Of a DNA stretch of 64,000 bases, positions 28,992 to 41,480 are shown piece after piece (within the stretch, counting starts at the first letter, position 1; every line of letters begins with the position of its first letter). The stretch lies in assembly GCF_009914755.1 (NCBI RefSeq), contig NC_060932.1, one strand, 5' to 3'. Source of the DNA: the human T2T-CHM13v2.0 reference genome, Homo sapiens. The notes beneath the pieces are model-generated. The model did not search any database and had not been told where the DNA came from. It saw only the letters and a program-made list of their open reading frames with translations. The translations under genes and the position numbers were made by a program.

Positions 28992-29440
28992 GTATATTAG
29001 TGAGCTATTCCTCCACTAACGCTGTGTGATTAAGCAATCCAAAACTCAATGGCTTACAAGCACGTTTATTCCTATGCTCTTGGATCTGCCACCAACTGCA
29101 GTTCAGCTTATGTGGGCTAGTCTCTCTGCTGGCTGATCTGCTCCAGGCAGCAGGCTTGGCTTCAGGCTGAGGTTGGTTTCTCCACCTGTATTCATTTTGG
29201 GGCCCAGGTTGAAGGTGTCATTGCTTTCCAGGGATTAAACTTCTCAAGGCAAATTGCTAGAGTTCAGGAACTCAGCCAAACATGCAAGCACATTTAAATA
29301 GTACCTGCATGATGTGCTCTTATGAAATCTGCTCACTTTCTGTTGTTTAAGCAAGAGTCGATGGAGCAGGAAAATATAATCTACCCCACAGGGAGGGGGA
29401 GAAGAATAACAATTTGCTGAAAAATCATCAAATAAAAGAT
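28992..29440 (-). mobile_element. Old MLT1-family MaLR LTR
   Basis: tattagtgagctattcctccactaacgctgtgtga...caaaactcaatggcttacaa. Confidence 0.7.
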
Positions 29441-29574
29441 ATGGAACTGCACAGAATTTTCACTGTCACAACTCCTGGTCTTGGATTTTCCCCAGGAATA
29501 TCACTGGCCTCATCCTCTCTCCTGTCCTGAAGAAATGAGTTCCATGAATTCCCCTTCTTTCCAGACTCAGCATT

Positions 29575-30172
29575 TCTTATTTATTTATGTATGTATTTAA
29601 ATTATACTTTAAGTTTTGGGATACTTGTGCAGAATGTGCAGGTTTGTTACATAGGTATACACATGCCATGGTGGTTTGCTGCACCCATTAACCTCTCATC
29701 TACATTAAGTATTTCTCCTAATGCTATCCCTCCCCTAGCCCCACATCCCCTGACAGGCCCCAGTGTGTGATGTTTCCCTCCCTGAGTCCAAGTGTTCTCC
29801 TTGTTCAGCTCCCACTTATGAGTGAGAACATGCAGTGTTTGGTTTTCTGTTCCTGGGATAATTTGCTGAGAATAATGGTTTCCAGCTTCATCCATGTCCC
29901 TGCAAAGGGACTCATCCTTTTTTATGGCTGCATAGTATTCCATGGTGTATATGTGCCACATTTTCTTTATCCAGTCTATCACTGATGGGCATTTGGGTTG
30001 GTTCCAAGTCTTTGCTATTGTGAATAGTGCTGCAATAAACATACATGTGCATGTGTCTTTATAGTAGAATGATTTATGATCCTTTGGGTATATATCCAGT
30101 AATGGGATTGCTGGGTCAAATGGTATTTCTGGTTCTAGATCCTGAGGAATCGCCACATTGTGTTCCACAATT
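29575..30172 (-). mobile_element. L1PA 3' end, 5'-truncated (~600 bp)
   Basis: Primate L1 3' UTR plus ORF2 C-terminal peptide DLEPEIPFDPAIPLL..WNQPKCPS..IKKMWHIYTMEYYAAIK. Confidence 0.96.
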
Positions 30173-30470
30173 CTGCTAAAATGTAAGGTCCTCAAGGGAA
30201 AGAATTCTACCTCCTTTTGACATTCAATAAGTATTAATTGAACTCTTGTCATGTGCCAATCCTTTCACTAAACATGGTTACTGAGCCAAAGCCGACACGC
30301 TTCCTGTTCTCATGGAGCTAATGGGTTAGTGGGTGAAATAGTATTTAAATTAGCACAACGGTTAGACTAATGGTCAAAGCTGCTGAGAAGAAAAAGTCCT
30401 GGTGTTATAAGAACTCATGACAGGGGAGCTAATCTGGTTGGAGATTTAAGCACAGAAAAGGCTCACCTTT

Positions 30471-30526
30471 GCTGAGATTGCACCACTGCACTCCAGCCTG
30501 GGTGACAGAGTGAGACTGTGTCTCAA

Positions 30527-30563
<37 letters not shown>
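30471..30563 (+). mobile_element. Severely 5'-truncated Alu (last ~55 nt plus A/GAAAA tail)
   Basis: gagattgcaccactgcactccagcctgggtgacagag; TSD agaaaaggctc(a/c)cctttg. Confidence 0.92.
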
Positions 30564-30749
30564 GGCTCCCCTTTGAATGTGATGTTTGAGCTGAATTTGA
30601 AGTTCTAATTCCCCTTTTGACCATGCCAAATACCTAGAAAAACACTTGGCACAAAGTAAGTGCTCAAAAATGTTGGCTGAAGGAAATAGTAATAGGCTAT
30701 TGATAAATGTTGTAGATGAGAATATTTAGATACATTGCAGTTTCAGCCC

Positions 30750-30950
30750 TTAGCACATTTTATCTCATTTAACCTCACAATAATAAAATATATTCTATAA
30801 TTATAAGTCTCATTTTATAGATAAAGAAACTGAAACACAGAGAGGTTAAGTAATTTTTCTAAGGTCATACATCCAGGAAGAGATGGAGCTGGAATTTGAA
30901 CCCAAGCCTTCTGGCTCCAGAGTTCCAGCTTTTAGTGACTACGTTATTGG
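30750..30950 (-). mobile_element. MIR
   Basis: cattttatagataaagaaactgaaacacagagaggttaagtaatttt..aaggtcataca core. Confidence 0.85.
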
Positions 30951-33900
30951 ATAAGATCATCTCTTTTCCATGCACCAGCTTTGTGCTAGCTATTATGCTT
31001 GCACTGTTTCATAACATACCTGGGAGAGGTATGTACTATTTTATTTTCTTTTTTAATAGATACTATAATTGGAACTGAGGGATAGAAATGCCTCCAACCA
31101 AAATCATGAAGGTCACAAGTAGCACTGTCAAAAATAGAGCCAACCTTGTTCTATAACCTGTACCTGGATCCTTTCCATATTGCCAAACTGCCAACTGGTG
31201 ACTGAGATGGTGACACTGATGGTCAAGAGACTATGGAAAACGACAAGAAGAAAAAGGTGGGGCGCAAGGAAAGTGCAGGCTTCTGTTAGACCTTCTGCCT
31301 TCTTCTTGGGACTTGGGCTTTTAAAATAATGTAGAAGCTAAAGACAATCAGCAACTCATGAACACCCTGAAGCAAATTTCCATTTCTTTATGATTCTACC
31401 TTCCCCATGTCACTTTGCATTTGTAAAAAGCATTGCAACATTGCAATCACTTGTAATGCTGTCTGATTAGAAGCTGAATCCATTTTTCTGTGCAAATATG
31501 AAGTTTCCCATTGTATGAAAATGTTATAGAAAATTAAGTGTACTAAATGGCAATTTTTAAAGAAAAATTACAAGGTGCACCTACAGGTTTGAAATCTAGT
31601 TTTTTTTTTTTTTTCAAGTGGATGGAAAGAATATTGAGCTATTGTTACATGTTCTAAAAGGTGGGTGAGTAGGAAAATGACTAAAGAGGGGAGGTGATTG
31701 CTGAAATCTGTGCTGACTCAGCTACTGAGCTGAAAGATGAAAGTAGCAAGACCTAAGCTGTCTCTGTGGATTCCAAACCAATCATGTTAATTGGAAACTG
31801 GAACGAGGAAATGGTCACAATCAACAGATTTATCACCCAAAGGGCTGAGCAGTTCATAAATTTAATCCAGCAAAGGAATTGGAAAATAGAATTGATGCTT
31901 ATAAAAATCAGGAGTGGAGGTGGGGGCCTTTTCTAAACAACCCTTAGCAGCCAGATGGCCAGCAGTGCTTGAACATATTTTATTTGAAGCTATTAGAAAT
32001 ATGAAAAGGCGGCTTCCTCCCAGCCCCTGGATGAAGTATTATAGCTTCTTTTTTATGATCCTTATAAAAGAAGAGCAATAAAGAGACACAAACAGGGTAG
32101 TTAAGTTTAATGTCGGTAAAAACCAGACACCTGAATATATGTAATTTATTTTCTTAAAATCTTGCCCAATTGAGGCTGCTATTAATTAGTATGAAAATGT
32201 ATTGCAGAGCCAATTTTGCATGAAGTTTGTTATTGTGGCTACTTTATGAAAAGGAAAGACAAATCAACCAGAAAAGTCTCTGTGACTTCATTGTAAAAAG
32301 GAGGTGGAGGGAAGTCATCAAAACAACCTAAGGACTTCATCTAGGAAAACAATCATGTGAGATCCCAGATCTCAAGAATTCAGGAGGCTTCCTCCACCAT
32401 GGGGATGAGAGGGTAGGGGGGGCACTGGGGGAGGAGAAACCCACACCAGTTGAGGACCTACGGTGTCCAGGAACGGGGCCATGTACTTTCCAGGGGTCAG
32501 GCACTTGTGACTGTCTGCATTTTTCAGATGAGAAAACAGGCTCAGATAAGAGCCTCAGCCCCAGTGATAGAACTTATTAAGGGACAAGCCAAGATTCAAA
32601 CACAGGTGAGTCTATTCCAGACTCCATATTTGACTATGATTGGCTATTTCTCATTACAAAGTCTGGATTACACTACCCACTGTGTTTTGTTTGCTTCTAA
32701 GCAGCCAAACTATTTATCTGGCTTATTGGAACATCAGGGAGGCAGAAGTTGGAAATGGTCAAATTACTGTAACTCGTCTAAAGCCTTCATTTACCTGTCT
32801 GTGGAATGAGTAGGGCTCTCTCCACTTACTGCTTGCTTTATTTGCACCATTCATCACCACGGGACCAGGTGGAGATAAGTGAGTTAATAAAACCCAATTG
32901 AACAACTACAGTTTCTATGGCCAGCTGTTGCTCAATAAATATTTAACAAAGAACATGGTCACAGCTAAAAAATAATTCTTGAAGGTGATTGGATCTAACC
33001 ATATTATATTTCCTTCCTTTTGATAAAGATATCCCTTACTGAGTGGCTTGATTCTGTTTGTTTGTTTTTCAAAGAGGGGCAAAAGCATGGCTTTGGCTTT
33101 ACCAGTATGATGGAAGGAAAAAAGCCAGGCTGTTATTCTGTCGTTGGAAAGAGAGGTTCAGGCCTCATCTTTTTTGCTCATGTGCTGTGTACCACTGAGC
33201 AAGTTACTTTACCTTCTCACCCTCAGGTTCGTTCTTCATATATAAAATAAGAGTCATAATTCAACTTGGCGTTTTGTGGGTTTCAAATAAGAGAACACAT
33301 TGGAAGTGTTTGGAACTCGGCCAAATCACATTAAATACTCAGTACGTGCCAGTCCTTCCCTCAGGCACCATCTCAACTTTTAGGATATAATAATAACTAC
33401 TAAAGTACCACATTGTTTTATGTACATAATAAATTGGCTTCATGACTTTTTATTTCACCTCATCTTCACTCCAAATGTGTGAGGTTGGCAGGAAAGAAGC
33501 AGGCATCCCCACCTTCATACACAGATGAGCATATTGAGGAGCAGGGAGATAAAATTCCCGTCTGAGCCACACAGCAAGTAAGAGTTGCCCTGGGCTGTTC
33601 CTAGGATCCATGCCCTGGAGTGCCAGGTAGGCTCATTTCCATTGCCCCACAAACAACATCAACTCCACCTTCCCCTGTTCATGCTGACACCTCACTTACC
33701 CATTCACTGCCCTGCTTCCTCATGTGCACAATGGCAACCGTAGCTCAACCTTGCAGAGCTGATTGGATAGCATAAGCAATGACCTCAACGCTGTGTGAGT
33801 GCGGTGCTCAGTAACAGGCAGGATGACCAACTTATTATAACTCCACCTAGTAGCGATTGTCCTGTGGCCAATAAGCATCAATCTTTGCATTTAGGCACCA

Positions 33901-35929
33901 ACATAAATATCCTGTCTACAACGGTCCCTATTTCATACACGAATGTACACATACAGAACTGAAAGAAGACAGAAAAAAACAGGCTCCTTTGGCACATCAG
34001 TGGGAAAATCAATCTGAAAATCTTCTCTGCTTTCTCAAATTGGGAAAATGTTAATCAACAGCACTGAAAATTGGAGGAATAATGTAATGCCTGCTGAGGA
34101 AAGTAGACAACACAGAGCTGATGTGTGACCATCATTGGCTATTAAACTCTGATTTGCTGAATGGTGTATTCCTTTAGAAAGCAGACTTTCTCACCAAAAT
34201 AGGCAATAGAAATGTTCCCATGATTAACAAGGTGGCAACATGTGACCAATAATTCACAGAGTCAGCAAACACAGCTAACAGCTGGCCTGAAAACACTGGG
34301 GAGACAATTTATGAGCCTCTGCTCAATTCACAAGGGGAGGGGATGCAAGTCCTAGCATAATAACCATATTTCTTACTTGCTTTGTCCAGATAAAATCTTA
34401 CTCTAGATTAAGAGGTGGTTTCCTTGTTGCTCCTACATCTGGATTAGAGAAACATAAACTCTTCTGTGATTATCTCTGCCATCTAGTAGCTGCTGGAGAA
34501 GAAAGAAAGCAACAAGGTCCTGATGCTATAAATGTTGATAACATTATACACCAACTCTTTCTTGATGCACACCAGTTCAAAGGGCCCTGGAATTCGGTTG
34601 TACATTTTAAACGATTGATAATGCAACTTCTTATCAAGCTGATCATTAGATAATCACTGGAGCTGAATTACTAAGAGTATAAAAAGAAGGAAAGGGAGGA
34701 ATTATGTATGTACTAGAAAGAAGAAAGTGCATAAGGAAGACAAGAGGAGAAAGAGAGGGAAAGAGAGAGGCAAAGATTGAAAGAATTAGAAAAGAATAGA
34801 AGCTGTCAGTTATTTGGCATTTATTATGATCCAGGCAGGTTGTTGAGGGCCTCACAAACATGTTCTCATTTAATATTAAGGATCGAACTATAAGTTAGCT
34901 ACTATTATTTCACGGAGGAGAAAATGGACTAGAGAAGGTTATATAACTTAACCAAGGTCACTCAGTAAGTAATTGGAAGAACAAGGATTAGAACCTAGGA
35001 GGGAGGAGAGAAGGAAGAAAAATGAGAGGAAAAGAGGAAAGTTAGTTTTAGAGAATGACTAGTACAGACTGCCAGCTGCTTTGTTAGAAAATTGGTGGCT
35101 TTTCTATCATAGGCAAATGGGCATAAACAAAGAGGCACTTTGATTGTGCCAAGCTTAACTCTCCGCCCCAGAAAGTAAAACTCCAATTAGAAGTGAGACT
35201 GCGCTGGAGGTTCATGCTTGCTAACAGGGATGGAGAACACCAGGTTGATGGGCCAATTCATTAGTGGGGACCACTGCCCGCAAATTCAAAAGACTGGAGA
35301 AGGATTGTGCAAGCTGCCACAGCCCTGGGCCTTTTTTGCATGCTAGAAAGAAAAACTCCAGGGAGCAGGGAACATAGTATCTCAAAATAATATTTCAACA
35401 TCTATTTAGTTAAAAGAGCTAGGAATACATGAAAGTTCTAAGTAATCACCCTTTCCTGGGCTGGGAGAGATGGGCACTAAACATAATCACACTGGAATCA
35501 CAGTAGATTATTTTCAGTAAAAATAAATAGAAATATAAGGAACAAATGCAATGAGATTATTTAAAAACAGCTCAGGCTTTCTTTGGCCCAATGAAGAAAA
35601 CCTCTACTAGAAGCAAAAGTTGAATAAAGGACCAGACACAAATATACCCCCATTATGTATTTGTCAAATAGTCGGGGCAGGTCACTGTGGGAGGTACTGG
35701 AACACATTCTCTGTCCTCAGGGGTCTAGTGTCCAGGTTAATGTCGAGCCAAAATTCCCACCTGGGTACTTGGACTCCCGAATTCCAACGATTCTGCTTCC
35801 TGACAGCCACCCAGCCTGTCAACCTTAACACTCAGCTTTGCTTCAAGCAAGTATTTGATATTTGTCATTTTGGCATCTTTGGCTGAAGTTTCTTATAAAA
35901 CAGAAGAGGGACATTTAAAAATGTATTGG

Positions 35930-36080
35930 GGACCAGATATCGTGGCTTGCACCTGTAATCCTTGCACTTTGGGAAGCCAAGGCAGGAGGATCGCTTGAGC
36001 CCTGGAGTTTGAGACCAGGCTAAGCAACAAAGAAAGATCCCATCTCTAATAATATAAAACAAACACACAAACAAATAAAA
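35930..36080 (+). mobile_element. FLAM (free left Alu monomer)
   Basis: Single 7SL-derived monomer with A-rich tail; TSD aaaat(g/a)tattggg. Confidence 0.9.
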
Positions 36081-37473
36081 ATATATTGGGCATGAATGTG
36101 CTGATTTATTCATTCAGTATAAGTTTATGGAACCCTGGACCCTGAGACATCAGCAGTGGACCAGAGAGACAGATCCTTGTGGTCATGCAGAGGGACACAC
36201 AAAGGGATGCAGACAAAGCCTCAGGGAGAGGAAAAGGAAGGACGTGGGCATGGTCCTGAGATGGAGTCTAAATGCGGCAGGTGGGTTACTTTAGCAGAAG
36301 GTCTCAGGTCATTTCTGTGAGCAGGAAAAATTTAATGAACATCACCAGGATGAGAGAAAGATGACAGAAAGCCCCCACGTCTCAGCAACAGCACGGACGA
36401 GGCCCTGAGGATGGAAAGGTGACTGCCTACAGCTGGAGCCAGAGGCTGGGGCCTGCTCTCTGCTCATTTCGTCTCCTTTAATCCTTACATCCATTTAAGT
36501 ACAACGTCAACTTCAGGGATGACACAGAGCAAGGGCAGATTGGAGTCCAACAGCTTTCCGTGATTGGTAGCCAGGGTTCTTTGGTAAGTGGGGGGAAATT
36601 ACAGCCCCTGCTGCTCTGCCTGGACTCCTCCATTGCCTCTGGACATGAACACTGGGCTGTTTCACATCAAGCAGCTCACCTCAAAGTGCTCTGGCCACAT
36701 TAACATTGCAGTTTGGAATTTAGAGGCTTACGATTTCTCTCCTCGATTCTATCAGCCTCGCCTTCTGCAGCCACTTAGCTCAATCCCACCCTTTCACTCT
36801 CTACCTTCTATTGTGGTCACTCATCGCCCCATGGGGTTCTGGGCGCCTCCTCTGTCTGTCCCTGAGTACCAAACCCAGTACTGTTATACAGCTGATTTCT
36901 AGCGCACCTTTGGAAAATCAGGAAATAAAGGAGTAGAATACACAAGTCTACTTGCCCAGTCCTTCTGCCGCCCATGGCCTGGCATATGTTCTTAGGAGAC
37001 TGCTTTCTGCACCAAGCAGAGAACGAGCACTGGCAAGAAATAAGCATGGCAAGAACTCTTTCTCCATCTGGGCCTTTCCCAGCTCCTACACACAATCCCT
37101 CGCCCCCCTCCTCAGAAGCACAGGCTGCCATGCTAATGAACATGTCCCCCTCTGTCAGATCAACTTCCAAGAGGAATCCTGCCTTCAGACAGTTCACTTT
37201 TTCACCTTCAGAGCTATTCCGAGCTGGTAGCTTATTTACTTGCACATTTGGTGAGCGGGTTGATGGCGTCCCTGGGGACTCATTCATTTGTGCAGTTAAA
37301 GGGAGCTGGGAAGGCAGTCTCAGCACAGTCAGGTGCAGGGGGCGGGGCTCTGGGGCCCAGCCTGCGTGGGTTTCATACACTGTTTGAGCTCCTTTGCCCA
37401 GGGGTTGGCAGGCTGGCTACTTTTGTGCCATTGGTTCCGAGTGGCTCAGGAGGGGACTTGGGGCTATGGGGCT

Positions 37474-38273
<800 letters not shown>

Positions 38274-38702
38274 GGAGTCTTAGCGAAAACGTCTGAGTCC
38301 TCAAAGCAAGGTGTTCACTCATTCCTTGGCCTGTTGCTGTGTTCTCTCATTTGGTGCATACACAAACAGTGAGAGCAACTCTCTGCAAGGCCATCTGTCA
38401 GAGGCTGGGGAAATGATGATATGTTGACTGCTTCCCATCGTTCAGCCTTTACAGGAAGCTGACAGAGTGCTAGCAGCAAATGGCCATGCATGCTAGCACA
38501 CTGGAGTGTGTAAGGTTGCAGGTAAGCCCAGCAGGGGTGCAGTAGAGGGGAACTTAATTTCATCACAAAGCATTCAGGAAGGTTCCTGGAAGAGGTGAAA
38601 CTGGAGTGAGGCCTTAAAGGATGAATAAGTGCCAGTCATGTGTGAGAGGAACAAAGGTATCCAGGCAGCAGGAACAGTGTGTGCAGGGGCATAGAAGCAT
38701 GA

Positions 38703-39188
<486 letters not shown>

Positions 39189-39467
39189 CATTGGACTTCT
39201 TAAAGAGCTTGGTATCCCAGGATCATAGGTACAGAGTGGGTAGGAAAGTGAGAATATGAGGCTTGACAGGAAGACAGGGCCACATCAAAGACAGTCTTGC
39301 TCAAGCGATGAAGGAGCTGAAATCTCCTCCTCTCCCACTAAAGTATTTCCAAAGCGGAGGCACATGGTCACGTTTGAGAAGTCTCAGAAAAAAGTAGCCC
39401 AAGTAGCTCAATGCTAGCTTGAAATGGATTTGAAGTCTGTCATATTTATTCTTAAAAAAAAAGCAAT

Positions 39468-39798
<331 letters not shown>

Positions 39799-40204
39799 TC
39801 AAAATAGCTGTTTCTTTAATCTAAATTTGTTTTCTATCAAGCTTTCCTAGAAAAAATACACAATCCAGAACAATTTGCCTTCTTTTCCTTAAGTTTGTAT
39901 ACCACTCTCCAACCCTTGTTTCAGTTTGAGAACTACCATTGATGTGGGGGTTCTTGAAGGGTTATAAGAAGATGTCCCAGTAGGAGAAAGTATGGGAAAT
40001 TCAAAGTTTAACACATGTCCCATCAGAGTCAGATGAGAACATACAGAGCAGGGCACAGTGAAAACAAAAGCAAAAGCCACAATGCATCAAGCTTGAAGCT
40101 GCTGTTCAGACTCAGGAGGGGAGAAGAGACCAAGAGAATGCAGAGGTGACCTACCTGCCTTAACTGAACCTCAAATCAGATGGGTCTGGTGTACACATAC
40201 TGGG

Positions 40205-40636
40205 TGTAATGGGGTGAATAGTACCCTCCCACTCCGAATTCATGCCACCTGAAACCTCGGAATGTGAACTTATTTGGAAATAGGGTCTGTGCAGATGTTA
40301 TTAGTTAAGATGAGTCCATACTGGATTAGGGTGGGCCCTAAATCCAATGACTAGCATCCTTACACAAGCACACAGGGAGGAGACCTCACGAAGATGGGGG
40401 TAGAGATTGCAGTGAGATGGCTACACGTCAAGGAACATCAAGGGTTTCCAGGAGCTACCAGAAGCTACAAAGAGGCCTGGAAGAATTCTCCCCTAGACCT
40501 TTTGGAGGGAGCACGTCCCTGTTGACATGTTAACTACAGACCTCTAATCTGCAAAATTGTGAGATAATAAATTCCTGATATTTTAAGCAGCTCAGTTTGT
40601 AGTAATTTGTTATGGCAGCCACAGGAAACTAATATA
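40205..40636 (+). mobile_element. MLT1C-like MaLR LTR
   Basis: tgtaatggggtgaatagt...aatgtgaacttatttggaaatagggtc...atggcagccacaggaaactaata. Confidence 0.9.
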
Positions 40637-40865
40637 TCAGGCAGAGGCTAGGTTCTGGCTTCTGGGAAAAGATGTTATGGTAAGATTCCAGTTCTATAAT
40701 AAAGACTAACAGAAATGTTGTGATTGGTGGGAATTCTGTTATTCAATAAATACTTACTAAGCTGCTGTATGTGTTGGGCTCTGGGCTAGCAGTGGGGCAT
40801 TGGGAGCATGCATGGAAAAAAAGTAAGTAAGCCATAACCTGCACTGGTTTAATGCACAGCCTCAT

Positions 40866-41248
40866 TGTATTCATTTGTTCTCACATTGCTATAAAGAATG
40901 ACTTGAGACTGGGTAATATATAAAGGAAAGAGGTGTAATTGACTTTACAGTTCCACACGGCTGGGGAGGCCTCAGGAAACTTACAATCATGGCAGAAGGC
41001 AAAGGGGAAGCAAGTCATGTCTTCCCATAGTGGCAGGAGAGAGTGAGCAAGTGTGCAAGCAAGTGGGGGAAGTGTCACAGTTTAAACCATCAGCTCTCAT
41101 GAGAACTCACTCACGATTATGAGAACAGCATGCAGGAAATCACCCCCACGATCCAATCACCTCCTACCAGGTCGCTCCCACAACATTAATTGTGGGGATT
41201 ACAATTCGAGATGCGATTTGGGTGGAGACACACAGCTAAACCATATCA
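40866..41248 (-). mobile_element. THE1D/MSTA-like solo LTR
   Basis: tgtattcatttgttctcacattgctataaag...aaaccatatca. Confidence 0.92.
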
Positions 41249-41329
41249 GCTGTGGAGACTTCCCCAGACCACCCTCAACAGAATCCCCGACTGCTGCTGG
41301 AAATGAGGTCCATAAGCCAGCATCATCAG

Positions 41330-41480
41330 CCTAAGATGAAGCTGGTTGGGTATGCTGCTTCTTGGCCCCCATTCCAGACCTACTGAATCTGAATCTTAGG
41401 TGTAGGATCCAAGAATCTCTGTTTTGCAGAAGGTCTCCAGCTAGTTCTGATGACAACTAAGGATTGAAAACTTCAGGTCT
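41330..41480. mobile_element. MER5-like hAT-Charlie MITE remnant (similar remnants at ~12715-12840 and ~42150-42320)
   Basis: ccagacctactgaatctgaatct...gttctgatg; taacaagctcccaggtgatgcc. Confidence 0.75.

Noticed and set aside
29647-30252. 201-aa ORF, the longest in the track
   Set aside because: L1 ORF2 C-terminus frameshifting into the 3' UTR of a truncated L1PA; not a gene
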